This document shows, in pieces, positions 1 through 9,418 of a stretch of 56,415 nucleotides of DNA (position 1 is the first letter of the stretch; the number at the start of each line of letters is the position of its first letter). The DNA comes from Clostridia bacterium (GTDB lineage: Bacteria; Bacillota; Clostridia; UMGS1883). The notes below the pieces were generated by a model. That model was not told the DNA's origin, searched no databases, and saw only the letters and a list, made by a program, of their open reading frames with translations. The position numbers were made by a program, and so were the translations under genes. The DNA is taken from positions 1 through 56,415 of the forward strand of contig JAFQLL010000094.1 in the NCBI GenBank assembly GCA_017414645.1, read 5' to 3'.

Positions 1-172
1 AAAAAATAAATTTTATATTATTGCCGTGCGAGAATTTCCTCGCAAGACTCGGAAAAGCTACAAAGGCATTACAAAGTGTTTTCTCCTCTGTTTACTTTAA
101 TTGCAACTATCGTCAGAGAGTGTCGGAGACACTTTGTTCTGAAAAAAATTCTTAAAATAGCAAAAAAAACTG

Positions 173-201
173 TTGTAATATGAATATTCTGATGCTATAA
201 T
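173..201 (+). promoter_or_regulatory. Putative sigma-A promoter for the CofE-like gene
   Basis: TTGTAA (173-178), 17-nt spacer, TATAAT (196-201) preceded by TGc (extended -10). Confidence 0.4.
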
Positions 202-264
202 AATTGATGGTATTTTGGCAGATGATAATTCTGCCGAGAATTTTACATGATAGAGGGGATTACA

Positions 265-1464
265 ATGGCAAACAAGGAAAGAAGAGTCGGCACAGTATCA
301 AGAGGTATTCGTTGTCCTATTATTCGTGAAGGCGACGACCTTGCTTCAATTGTAGCGACAAGTGTTCTTGAAGCTGCAAAATGTGAAGGCTTTGAAATAA
401 ACGATAGAGATGTTATTTCTATAACTGAATCTATCGTGGCAAGAGCACAGGGCAACTACGCATCTGTTGATGATATTGCCGAGGACGTTAAAGCTAAGCT
501 TGGAAATGATACAATAGGTGTTATTTTCCCCATTCTTTCCCGTAACCGTTTTGCTATTTGCTTGAAGGGCATTGCAAAGGCGGTAAAAAAGGTGGTTCTT
601 ATGCTCAGCTATCCTTCTGATGAGGTTGGCAACGAGCTTATAAGCATAGACAAAATTGATGAGGCAGGCATTAATCCTTACAGCGATGTGCTTTCTCTTG
701 AAAAGTATCGTGAGCTTTTCGGCGAAAACAAGCACGAGTTTACAGGTGTAGACTACGTTCAGTATTACGGCGACGTAATCAGAGAATGCGGTGCTGAGGT
801 TGAAATTATTTTTGCTAACCAGGCAAAAACAATTCTTAATTATACAGACTGCATTATCAACTGCGACATTCACACACGCGCTCGTACGAAGCGTATCCTT
901 CTTGCTGCAGGTGCTAAGGTTGTTTGTTCTCTTGACGATATCCTTAACGCCCCCGTTAACGGTTCAGGTTGTAACGAAAAGTATGGTCTTCTTGGTTCAA
1001 ATAAGTCTACAGAAGATAAGATAAAGCTTTTCCCCAGAGAATGCAAGGAGCTTGTTCTTGATGTTCAGAAAGCCATTATGGATGCTACAGGCAAGCATGT
1101 TGAAGTTATGGTTTACGGTGACGGTGCCTTCAAGGATCCTCAGGGCAAAATTTGGGAGCTTGCTGACCCTGTTGTTTCTCCTGCATTTACAGACGGTCTC
1201 GTAGGTACGCCTAACGAGCTTAAGCTTAAGTATCTTGCCGATAACGACTTTGCAGATCTTTCCGGCGAAGCTTTGAAGGAAGCAATTTCCAAGAGCATTA
1301 AGGAAAAGGACGGCAATCTGGTTGGTAGCATGGCATCTCAGGGTACAACACCCCGTCAGCTTACTGACCTTATCGGTTCACTTTGCGACCTTACCTCAGG
1401 TTCCGGTGATAAGGGTACACCCGTTGTTCTTGTACAGGGCTATTTTGATAATTATACAAATTAA
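265..1464 (+). CDS. CofE-like protein (F420-0:gamma-glutamyl ligase family fold), function unknown in Firmicutes
   Basis: ORF 247..1464. ATG at 265 (MANKERR) lies 6 nt after RBS AGAGGGG (252-258). N-terminal RGIRCPIIREGDDL and C-terminal GSGDKGTPVVLVQG resemble CofE-family motifs. TAA stop followed by a terminator. Confidence 0.55.
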   Translation: MANKERRVGTVSRGIRCPIIREGDDLASIVATSVLEAAKCEGFEINDRDVISITESIVARAQGNYASVDDIAEDVKAKLGNDTIGVIFPILSRNRFAICLKGIAKAVKKVVLMLSYPSDEVGNELISIDKIDEAGINPYSDVLSLEKYRELFGENKHEFTGVDYVQYYGDVIRECGAEVEIIFANQAKTILNYTDCIINCDIHTRARTKRILLAAGAKVVCSLDDILNAPVNGSGCNEKYGLLGSNKSTEDKIKLFPRECKELVLDVQKAIMDATGKHVEVMVYGDGAFKDPQGKIWELADPVVSPAFTDGLVGTPNELKLKYLADNDFADLSGEALKEAISKSIKEKDGNLVGSMASQGTTPRQLTDLIGSLCDLTSGSGDKGTPVVLVQGYFDNYTN

Positions 1465-1471
1465 TCATAAA

Positions 1472-1497
1472 AAAGCGACCTTTGGTCGCTTTTTTTG
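1472..1497 (+). terminator. Rho-independent terminator
   Basis: AGCGACC (1474-1480) / GGTCGCT stem followed by a T6 run (1491-1496). Confidence 0.8.
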
Positions 1498-1587
1498 TGT
1501 CAATACACAAAAATTTTTTGTTGCTTTTTTTTTACGTTTATATTACAATATTTAAGATAGGTTTTATCACTGAAAGGAATGATTTTA

Positions 1588-2781
1588 ATGTATTTATCAA
1601 AAAAGTTTTCTTCAATCAGTCCTTCCGCAACATTGGCTATTGACTCTAAGTTTAAGGCAATGAAAGCTGAAGGTATGGATGTTGTTGGCTTTGGTGCAGG
1701 TGAACCTGATTTCCCCACACCTCGTCATATTAAGGATGCCGCAATTTTCGCGATTGAAAATAATATAACAAAGTATACACCTGCTTCGGGTACTGTTGAC
1801 ATTAAAAAGGCAGTATGCGAAAAGTTTTTAAAGGAAAACGGCTTGGAATATAAACCTGAAAACATCGTTGTTTCCAATGGTGCAAAGCACTCCTTAAACA
1901 ACGCTCTGGGGGCAATTTTAAATCCCGGTGACGAAGTTATTATTCCTGCGCCCTGCTGGGTAAGCTATCCCGAAATGGTTCTTCTTGCAGACGGTGTTCC
2001 CGTAATTGTGAATTCTACTGAAGAAGAAGGCTTTTTGCCCACAATTGAAAAGATTAAGGCTGCAGTTACAGACAAGACAAGAGCGATTATTATTAACAAT
2101 CCTTCCAACCCCACAGGCATGTGCTATCCCGAAGAGGCTCTTCGACAGATTGCGGCACTCTGTGTAGAAAAGAATATTTATATCATTGCTGATGAAATTT
2201 ACGAAAGCCTTGTTTATGCCGGCAGAAAGAATTTTTCCATTGCAACAATCAGCGAGGAAGTTAAAGATCTTACAATTGTTGTTAACGGTGTTTCCAAGAC
2301 CTATGCAATGACAGGTTGGAGAATAGGCTACACAGCATCTAATGCACAGCTGGCGAAGGTTATGGGCAACGTTCAGTCTCACGCAACTAGCAACCCCAAC
2401 TCTATTGCACAGCACGCAGCAATTGCGGCGCTTACAGGTCCTCAGGAGCCTGTGGCAGAAATGAAGGAAGCTTTTGAAGAAAGAAGAAATCACATGGTAG
2501 AAAGAATGAATAAAATCGAAGGCGTAAGCTGCATTATGCCTGATGGTGCATTCTATATCATGATGAACATTTCAAAGCTTATCGGCAAGGAAATTGACGG
2601 AACAGTTATATCAGGCAGCGATACCTTTGCTGAAAAGTTCCTTGAAATTGAAAAGGTTGCTGTTGTTCCCGGTAAGAGCTTCGGTACAGATATTCATGTA
2701 AGATGGAGCTATGCTACAAGCATGGAAAACATCGATAAAGGTCTTGACAGATTGGAATCATTTATTTCAAAGCTTAACTAA
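1588..2781 (+). CDS. Class I PLP-dependent aminotransferase (aspartate aminotransferase type)
   Basis: ORF 1579..2781. ATG at 1588 is better spaced from RBS AAAGGA (1573-1578). Motifs GAGEPDFPTP, NPSNPTG and SKTYAMTGWRIGY (PLP lysine) are typical of AspB/AspC-type enzymes. Confidence 0.85.
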   Translation: MYLSKKFSSISPSATLAIDSKFKAMKAEGMDVVGFGAGEPDFPTPRHIKDAAIFAIENNITKYTPASGTVDIKKAVCEKFLKENGLEYKPENIVVSNGAKHSLNNALGAILNPGDEVIIPAPCWVSYPEMVLLADGVPVIVNSTEEEGFLPTIEKIKAAVTDKTRAIIINNPSNPTGMCYPEEALRQIAALCVEKNIYIIADEIYESLVYAGRKNFSIATISEEVKDLTIVVNGVSKTYAMTGWRIGYTASNAQLAKVMGNVQSHATSNPNSIAQHAAIAALTGPQEPVAEMKEAFEERRNHMVERMNKIEGVSCIMPDGAFYIMMNISKLIGKEIDGTVISGSDTFAEKFLEIEKVAVVPGKSFGTDIHVRWSYATSMENIDKGLDRLESFISKLN

Positions 2782-2800
2782 TTTACGAGGTGACAGAATT

Positions 2801-3601
2801 ATGAAACTTGGTGTTATTGGTGCAGGTAACATGTCCTCTGCAATTTTGCAGGGCGTAATAAAGGCTGGTGCCTTTAAGGTTGAAGATATTTATGTAAGCG
2901 AAATTCTCGACGATAAGCTCGCAAAAGCTGCTGAGCTTGGCGTTCACACAACACGTGATGCAAGAGAGGTTGTTGAAAACAGCGACTATATCATGTTTGG
3001 TGTAAAGCCCAACGTAATTTTAAAAGTTATGGATGGCGTTAAGAACTTTATAGGCGACAAGGTGGTTATTTCCATTGCAGCAGGTATCAGTGTTGACAGC
3101 ATGAAGGCTGTACTTGGTAAAAATACAAAGGTTGTACGCACCATGCCCAACATGCCCGCCCTTGTAGGTGAAGGCATGACTGCTGTGTGCAAAGCTGACG
3201 ATGTGTCCGACGAAGAAATGGCTGTAGTTCTTAACATTTTCAACTCCATCGGCAAAACAGCTCTTCTGCCCGAAACACTTATTAATACAGCAACTGCCAC
3301 CAACGGTAGTGGTCCTGCATACGTGTTCATGATGATTGAGGCTATGGCAGATGCTGCTGTGCTTCACGGCATTCCTCGTGATACTGCATATCTTCTTGTA
3401 TCTCAGACAATTCTTGGTGCTGCAAAGCTCGCTTTAGAGACCGGCACACATCCCGGTAAGCTTAAGGACATGGTATGTTCTCCCGGCGGTACAGCTATCG
3501 AAGCCGTATATCAGCTTGAGCTTGATGGCTTCCGTGCATCGTTAATCAATGCAATTGACAGATGCGTTAAGAAGGCTAACAGCATGGGTGAAAAGAAGTA
3601 A
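2801..3601 (+). CDS. proC: Pyrroline-5-carboxylate reductase
   Basis: Internal ATG at 2801 preceded by GAGGTGA. MKLGVIGAGNMSSAIL Rossmann motif and C-terminal SPGGTAIEA motif typical of ProC. Confidence 0.9.
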   Translation: MKLGVIGAGNMSSAILQGVIKAGAFKVEDIYVSEILDDKLAKAAELGVHTTRDAREVVENSDYIMFGVKPNVILKVMDGVKNFIGDKVVISIAAGISVDSMKAVLGKNTKVVRTMPNMPALVGEGMTAVCKADDVSDEEMAVVLNIFNSIGKTALLPETLINTATATNGSGPAYVFMMIEAMADAAVLHGIPRDTAYLLVSQTILGAAKLALETGTHPGKLKDMVCSPGGTAIEAVYQLELDGFRASLINAIDRCVKKANSMGEKK

Positions 3602-3627
3602 AACAAAATAGGACAAGAACTCATAAT

Positions 3628-3676
3628 CTCTCCGTTTCTGTAATATTATATAAAGACAGAACGGAGGGGTTTTTTG
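3628..3676 (+). terminator. Rho-independent terminator after proC
   Basis: CTCTCCGTTCTG / CAGAACGGAGGGG stem (3628-3669) followed by TTTTT. It overlaps the RBS and TTG start of the next gene. Confidence 0.65.
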
Positions 3677-4234
3677 TTTAAAAGAAAAAATGGTCAACAT
3701 AAAGCTATTCTTATTTCTCTTGCTCTTGTATTTGCAGTGGGGCTCGTTTTAGGAACATTGGCTCTGTATTATGTGCCCGATGAAATACTCAAAGAGGCGA
3801 AGCAAACATTAGAATTATCTGATAATAGAAGCTTTTTGGCTTTGCTGAAGGAAAATCTGTGCTTTGAAATTTTGTGGATTCTGGCGTTATGGATTTTTGG
3901 CAGCAATAGCTTTACTGCTCCGTTTACAGGTGCAGTTGTAGCCCTTCGAGGCTTTGTACTGGGGTTTACATGGGCTTTTATTTTAAATGATGATTTCGGT
4001 AAAGGTCTGTTATATACATATGTTTTGCCTCAATGTGTTACAGCTTTGCCGACAATGAGTCTTGTCGCGCTGATTTGCATACTTTATGGGCGTGAAAAGC
4101 AACACCTGGACAGAGGCGGTAGCGTTGACTACCTGCTGTATGGAATAGGATTCATATTTCTGGCATTTCTTGTGGCAGCGTCAGAGAGTGGTTTGGTATT
4201 TCTAATTTGGAAATATTTTAAAATTCAGGCTTGA
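3674..4234 (+). CDS. spoIIM: Stage II sporulation protein M-like membrane protein
   Basis: TTG start. Polytopic membrane protein with a GFVLGF...VLPQC..ALP pattern resembling the SpoIIM family. Lies next to xerD, as in Bacillus (xerD-fur-spoIIM neighbourhood). Confidence 0.6.
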   Translation: MFKRKNGQHKAILISLALVFAVGLVLGTLALYYVPDEILKEAKQTLELSDNRSFLALLKENLCFEILWILALWIFGSNSFTAPFTGAVVALRGFVLGFTWAFILNDDFGKGLLYTYVLPQCVTALPTMSLVALICILYGREKQHLDRGGSVDYLLYGIGFIFLAFLVAASESGLVFLIWKYFKIQA

Positions 4235-4282
4235 GAATGCTGTAAAATTGGTGTAAAATCAAAATAGAAGGGAGGGGCAGGA

Positions 4283-5161
4283 GTGAAAAAAACACTTATT
4301 TCATATAAAAGCTTTCTTGAAGAGAATTACTCTGAAAATACAATGCAGTCATATATGTTTGATATTGAAAAATTTTTTGATGCACAAAGCATCAAAAAGA
4401 AAAAAGACTTGATTAAAATTAAACGTGATTCATTGGAAGAGTATATGGTGTCTCTTGAAAACGCAGGTGCCTCCCATTCGACAATTTTGCGCTCAATAGC
4501 GGCATTGAAAAATTTTTTCAGATATTCTTTTGACGAAGGCATAATTAAAAATGACCCGACTGAAGATATTCAGCTCCCTAAGGCTCAGCGTAAGCTGCCT
4601 CTTACTATGAACGATGAAGAAATAATAACTCTTTTGGAGGCTCCGGATAATACTACCGTAAAAGGAATAAGAGACCGGGCAATGTTTGAATTAATGTACG
4701 CAACAGGTGCTCGTGTAAGTGAGCTTATCAATTTGAAAATAAGTGATGTAAGCCTGAAAAATGAATTCGTTGTACTTACAACAGGCAAAAAATCACGTTA
4801 TGTTCCCATTGGCAAAATTGCGATAGAAGCATTGTACGAATATTTACAGAAGGCCAGGAGCGAAATCGCAACAGAAACATCGGGAAACATGTTTTTCCTT
4901 AACTTGTACGGACAACCCATTTCCAGGCAGGGCTTCTGGAAGATTGTAAAAGGTTATATCGAAGAATGTAAGCTTAACCCGGGCATTACTGTGCAAAGCT
5001 TGAGGCATTCATTTGCTGTGCACATGATTAAAAACGGAGCAGATACAAACTCTGTTTCGGAAATGCTTGGTTACAGCGACTCCTCATCTGTAAAAAAATA
5101 TCTTGAGGTGCTTAATAATAATATAAGAGATATTTACAAGAAATCTCATCCGAGAGCGTAA
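4283..5161 (+). CDS. xerD: Tyrosine recombinase XerD-like
   Basis: GTG start after GGGAGGGGCAGGA. ATGARVSELINL (catalytic Arg), LRHSFAVHMIKNGADTNSVSEMLGY and a C-terminal Tyr region. The usual LGH is LGY and TTQIYTH is replaced by SVKKYLEV, so it is somewhat divergent. Confidence 0.8.
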   Translation: MKKTLISYKSFLEENYSENTMQSYMFDIEKFFDAQSIKKKKDLIKIKRDSLEEYMVSLENAGASHSTILRSIAALKNFFRYSFDEGIIKNDPTEDIQLPKAQRKLPLTMNDEEIITLLEAPDNTTVKGIRDRAMFELMYATGARVSELINLKISDVSLKNEFVVLTTGKKSRYVPIGKIAIEALYEYLQKARSEIATETSGNMFFLNLYGQPISRQGFWKIVKGYIEECKLNPGITVQSLRHSFAVHMIKNGADTNSVSEMLGYSDSSSVKKYLEVLNNNIRDIYKKSHPRA

Positions 5162-5184
5162 AAGAAGCCAAGGGCTTCTTTTTG
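5161..5184 (+). terminator. Rho-independent terminator after xerD
   Basis: AAGAAGCC / GGCTTCTT stem followed by TTT. Confidence 0.7.
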
Positions 5185-5253
5185 CTTTACAGGGCACCTT
5201 CTTGTAGACATAAGCTGCGAATGGTGATAGAATAATTAAGTGGAGGTGAGGAC

Positions 5254-6459
5254 GTGCGAGTGATACTTCATTGTGACTGCAATGGTTTTTTTGCTTCTGT
5301 GGAAGCTCTGGACAATCCCGAATTAAAAAACATTCCCATGGCAGTAGGCGGCGATGCCGAAAGCCGTAAAGGAATAATACTTGCAAAGAATGAATCGGCT
5401 AAAAAGTATGGCATAGTTACTGCTGAAACCATCTGGTCAGCAAGGAAAAAATGCCCGCACCTTGTTATTGTGCCTCCAAGGCATGAGCGCTACATGGAAA
5501 TTTCGGCACGTGTTAACGAAATTTATAAGGAGTACACCGAATTTGTTGAACCTTTCGGCATTGACGAATCCTGGCTTGATGTAACCGATGTGAAGGAGCT
5601 GTTTGGTGACGGGGTAACAATTGCCAACGAGCTCAGGCGAAGAATTGCCGAAGAGATTGGAATTACAATTTCAGTGGGTGTTTCTTTCACAAAGTCCTTT
5701 GCAAAATTGGGAAGTGACTATAAGAAACCTGATGCCACAACGGTTATAATGCCTGAAGATGTTGAGAAAATCGTGTATCCGCAAAAGCTTGGAAACTTGC
5801 TTTACGCAGGCGCAAAGAGCTGCGAAGAATTTAAAAAGTACGGTATAATAACTATCGGTGACCTGGCAAATGCCGACAAAGGCTTTGTTGAAAAACATTT
5901 TGGCAAAATGGGCATGCTTCTTTATAACTACGCAACAGGAAACGATAACGATAAGGTGCGCAGTATATACGAGGAAGAAGAGGTGAAGTCTATTGGAAAT
6001 TCTTATACCTTTGCCCATGATTTGTACACTGAGGAGGAAATTCGGCATGCTCTTGTGTGGCTTTGTGACGTGGTGTCCTCAAGAATGCGGAAAGCAGATG
6101 TGCGCTGCAGTGTTGTTACTGCAACCATAAGAGACACAAATTTCAGAACTGTTACCAGGCAAATGACCATACCACAACCTACAAATCATGGCGGAGATTT
6201 ACTCAAATACGGAATGGAGCTTGTGAAAAAATGTGGTATAACGCAGGGGGTAAGGCTCTTGGGAATATCCGGTAGCAACTTTGTTCACGATGGAGAAGAG
6301 CAGGTTTCACTTTTTGGGACAGAAAATGCAAATAAAAACGAAAAACTTGACGAAGCAATTGATGCTTTGCGTGCAAGATTTGGTCAAAAAGCTATAAAAT
6401 TTGCATCCAGTGAAGAGCATTATACTAAATATGCCGAAAAAGGCAATGAAGACAACTAA
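5254..6459 (+). CDS. dinB: DNA polymerase IV (Y-family)
   Basis: GTG start after GGAGGTGA. ILHCDCNGFFASVE and FGIDESWLDVTD catalytic motifs. Confidence 0.9.
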   Translation: MRVILHCDCNGFFASVEALDNPELKNIPMAVGGDAESRKGIILAKNESAKKYGIVTAETIWSARKKCPHLVIVPPRHERYMEISARVNEIYKEYTEFVEPFGIDESWLDVTDVKELFGDGVTIANELRRRIAEEIGITISVGVSFTKSFAKLGSDYKKPDATTVIMPEDVEKIVYPQKLGNLLYAGAKSCEEFKKYGIITIGDLANADKGFVEKHFGKMGMLLYNYATGNDNDKVRSIYEEEEVKSIGNSYTFAHDLYTEEEIRHALVWLCDVVSSRMRKADVRCSVVTATIRDTNFRTVTRQMTIPQPTNHGGDLLKYGMELVKKCGITQGVRLLGISGSNFVHDGEEQVSLFGTENANKNEKLDEAIDALRARFGQKAIKFASSEEHYTKYAEKGNEDN

Positions 6460-6474
6460 ACTTTGTGATTTGTA

Positions 6475-6504
6475 TTGACAATATATGTGCTTTTTTGGTA
6501 AAAT
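6475..6504 (+). promoter_or_regulatory. Putative sigma-A promoter of the pur operon
   Basis: TTGACA (6475-6480), 18-nt spacer, TGgTAAAAT extended -10 (6496-6504). About 40 nt upstream of purE. Confidence 0.5.
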
Positions 6505-6542
6505 ATAATCGTGATTTTGTTTAAAGAAAAGAGGGTTTAATT

Positions 6543-7046
6543 ATGAAAACACCTAAGGTTGCGCTCATTATGGGCAGCGATTCAGATTTCGAAGCCGTAA
6601 AGCCTTGTATAAAGAGGCTTAAAAGCTTTGGCATTGAGACAACTGTGAGAGTTCTGTCTGCACACAGAACACCGGACGAATCAAAAGAGTTTGCCACAAA
6701 CGCAGAAGCAAACGGCTATGATTGCATTATTGCGGCGGCAGGTAAGGCGGCACATCTTCCCGGTGTACTTGCTGCATTTACAACACTTCCCGTAATAGGC
6801 ATTCCGATTAAGTCCTCAACTATGGACGGCATGGATTCGCTTTTCTCTATTGTTCAGATGCCTCCGGGCATTCCTGTTGCTACTGTTGCAATTAACGGCA
6901 GTGACAATGCAGCGATTTTGGCTTGCCAGATTCTTTCCCTTCGTTACAGTGAGCTTGGTGATAAGATGAAGCAGCTTAAGCGCGAAATGAGAGAAAAGGT
7001 TCTCGAAAAAGATGCAAAAATTCAGGCATTGGCCGATGAAATATAA
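6543..7046 (+). CDS. purE: N5-carboxyaminoimidazole ribonucleotide mutase (class I PurE pattern)
   Basis: SAHRTPDE and AGKAAHLPGVLAA motifs. Confidence 0.9.
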   Translation: MKTPKVALIMGSDSDFEAVKPCIKRLKSFGIETTVRVLSAHRTPDESKEFATNAEANGYDCIIAAAGKAAHLPGVLAAFTTLPVIGIPIKSSTMDGMDSLFSIVQMPPGIPVATVAINGSDNAAILACQILSLRYSELGDKMKQLKREMREKVLEKDAKIQALADEI

Positions 7047-7065
7047 GTAAAGAGAGGATACAGTT

Positions 7066-8097
7066 ATGAGCGAAAGTTATAAGAATGCCGGCGTTGACGT
7101 TGAAGCCGGTTACGAAGCTGTCAGATTAATGAAAGCTGACGTTAAGAAAACATTTATCGATGGCGTTATGAGCGACATTGGTGGTTTTGGCGGTCTTTTT
7201 TCTATTGATAAAAACAAATATGAGGAGCCCGTATTGGTATCAGGCACCGATGGCGTTGGCACAAAGTTAAAGATGGCATTTATTGCCGACAAGCACGACA
7301 CTGTTGGTATTGATGCTGTTGCCATGTGCGTTAACGACGTTGTTTGCTCCGGTGCAAAGCCCCTTTTCTTCCTTGACTATGTTGCTGTAGGCAAGAATGT
7401 TCCCGAAAAGGTTGCTACAATTGTTCGTGGTGTTGCTGATGGTTGTGTGCAGGCAGGCTGCGCTCTTATCGGTGGCGAAACTGCTGAAATGCCCGGCTTC
7501 TATCCTGTTGATGAATATGATATTGCGGGCTTCACAGTAGGTATAGTTGACAAAAAGGACATTATTGACGGAAGCAAGCTTTCTGCCGGTGATGTACTTA
7601 TTGGTATTGCCTCAAGCGGTGTTCACTCCAATGGTTTCTCGCTCGTAAGAAAGGTATTCGATGTTCGTGAGGACAACGAAAAGCTTACAGAATATAACGA
7701 ATTTTTGGGCGATAGCCTTGTAAATACTCTCCTCACACCCACAAAGATTTATGTTAAGAGCGCTCTTAAGCTTATTGAAGAGTGCGATGTAAGAGCTATA
7801 AGCCACATCACAGGCGGCGGTTTTTATGAAAATATTCCCAGAATGCTTCCTGAGAACCTCAAGGCTGTTATTAAGAAGGATTCCTTCGAAATTCTTCCCA
7901 TTTTCAAGCTTTTACAGGAAACAGGCAACATTCCCGAAAGAGACATGTTCAACACATTCAACATGGGTATCGGTATGATTGCTGCAGTTCCTGCTTCTGA
8001 AGCCGAGAAGGCTGTTAAGGTACTTGAGGAAATGGGCGAGAAGGCTTACATAATCGGTACAGTTGAAGATGGCGAGAACGGAGTAGAGCTTATATGA
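7066..8097 (+). CDS. purM: Phosphoribosylformylglycinamidine cyclo-ligase (AIR synthetase)
   Basis: [15 protein letters not shown] and GTDGVGTKL motifs. Confidence 0.95.
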   Translation: MSESYKNAGVDVEAGYEAVRLMKADVKKTFIDGVMSDIGGFGGLFSIDKNKYEEPVLVSGTDGVGTKLKMAFIADKHDTVGIDAVAMCVNDVVCSGAKPLFFLDYVAVGKNVPEKVATIVRGVADGCVQAGCALIGGETAEMPGFYPVDEYDIAGFTVGIVDKKDIIDGSKLSAGDVLIGIASSGVHSNGFSLVRKVFDVREDNEKLTEYNEFLGDSLVNTLLTPTKIYVKSALKLIEECDVRAISHITGGGFYENIPRMLPENLKAVIKKDSFEILPIFKLLQETGNIPERDMFNTFNMGIGMIAAVPASEAEKAVKVLEEMGEKAYIIGTVEDGENGVELI

Positions 8098-8684
8098 AAA
8101 GAATAGGCGTACTCGTTTCCGGCGGTGGTACAAACCTTCAGGCAATACTTGACGCCTGCGACAACGGCGTTATAAATTCCGGCAAGGTTGTTACCGTTGT
8201 TTCAAACAAAAAGGATGTATACGCCCTTAAAAGGGCAGAAAACGCCAACGTTGAAGGCATTGTTATAGAAAAGAAGGCTTTTTCTTCTCAGGAAGCTTTC
8301 GATGAAGCTCTTTGTGAGCATATGAAAAGCAGAAATGTTGACCTTATAGTTATGGCAGGCTTTTTGTGCATCGTGGGCGATAAGCTCATAAAGGAATTTG
8401 AAAACAGGATAATTAACATTCATCCTTCACTTATTCCTTCCTTCTGCGGTGCAGGCTATTACGGCTTAAAAGTACATGAGGCTGCCCTTAACTATGGTGT
8501 TAAGGTGTCGGGTGCTACAGTGCACTTTGTTAACGGTGTTGTTGATGGCGGTAAAATCATTAAACAAAAAGCTGTTTACATAAATGACGACGACACTCCC
8601 GAAACACTCCAGAAGCGCATTATGGAAGAAGCCGAGTGGAAGATACTTCCTGAAGCTATTGAAGAAATCTGCAAAACACTTTAA
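8094..8684 (+). CDS. purN: Phosphoribosylglycinamide formyltransferase
   Basis: ATGA overlap with pur[13 protein letters not shown] and [12 protein letters not shown] motifs. Confidence 0.95.
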   Translation: MKRIGVLVSGGGTNLQAILDACDNGVINSGKVVTVVSNKKDVYALKRAENANVEGIVIEKKAFSSQEAFDEALCEHMKSRNVDLIVMAGFLCIVGDKLIKEFENRIINIHPSLIPSFCGAGYYGLKVHEAALNYGVKVSGATVHFVNGVVDGGKIIKQKAVYINDDDTPETLQKRIMEEAEWKILPEAIEEICKTL

Positions 8685-8695
8685 TAAAAGAGGTA

Positions 8696-9406
8696 ATGGA
8701 CATGATACTTTCAGAAGAACTTAAGAATAATTCCTACCCGGGACGTGGTATTGTAATAGGAAAGAGCAAGTGCGGCAGGTTTGCTGTTACTGCATACTTT
8801 ATCATGGGCAGAAGCGAAAACAGCCGTAACAGAGTTTTCGTTGAAGAAGGCGAGGGCATCCGCACAGAAGCTTTTGACCCCTCCAAGCTTACAGACCCCC
8901 ATCTTATTATCTATGCACCCGTAAGAGTGCTTGGTAACAAGACAATCGTTACAAACGGTGACCAGACTGATACAATTTATAATCTTATGAATCAGCAGCT
9001 TACCTTTGAACAGGCTCTTCGCACTCGTGAATTTGAGGACGATGCGCCCAACTATACACCTCGTATTTCCGGTATTATGAAGGTTGAAGGCGGAGAATAC
9101 AGCTATGCTATGAGCATTCTTAAGTCTAATAACCATAATCCCGACTCCTGCCTCAGATTTACTTATTCCTACAAGAACCCCATCGCAGGCGAAGGTCATT
9201 TTATCCATACCTATATGGGCGACGGTAATCCGCTTCCTTCCTTTAAGGGCGAACCCAAGGAAGTTGTTATTGACGAAGATATTGATACATTTACAAATAC
9301 AATCTGGACCTCTCTCAATGAAGACAACAAGGTTTCCTTGTTTGTAAGATACATAAACATTGAAGATGGTACATACGAAACCAGAATTGTAAACAAGAAT
9401 CAGTAA
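8696..9406 (+). CDS. IMP cyclohydrolase, PurO-like (archaeal-type)
   Basis: NSYPGRGIVIGKS...FIMGRSENSRNR...TNGDQTDTIY pattern resembles the PurO-type IMP cyclohydrolase family. The ATG at 8702 is an alternative start, better spaced from RBS AAAGAGG. Confidence 0.7.
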   Translation: MDMILSEELKNNSYPGRGIVIGKSKCGRFAVTAYFIMGRSENSRNRVFVEEGEGIRTEAFDPSKLTDPHLIIYAPVRVLGNKTIVTNGDQTDTIYNLMNQQLTFEQALRTREFEDDAPNYTPRISGIMKVEGGEYSYAMSILKSNNHNPDSCLRFTYSYKNPIAGEGHFIHTYMGDGNPLPSFKGEPKEVVIDEDIDTFTNTIWTSLNEDNKVSLFVRYINIEDGTYETRIVNKNQ

Positions 9407-9418
9407 GGAGCGATAAAG

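Noticed and set aside
27-48. Hairpin TGCGAG-AATTTC-CTCGCA and a second GTGTC-GGA-GACAC (122-134) at the window start, as possible ncRNA or terminator.
   Set aside because: The stems are short (5-6 bp) with no adjacent U-tract on either strand and no recognisable RNA-family signature. This is not enough context at the window edge.
6460-6542. Purine riboswitch or T-box upstream of purE.
   Set aside because: The intergenic region is only 83 nt and is largely occupied by the promoter, leaving a ~40-nt leader. That is too short for a guanine/adenine riboswitch aptamer plus expression platform.
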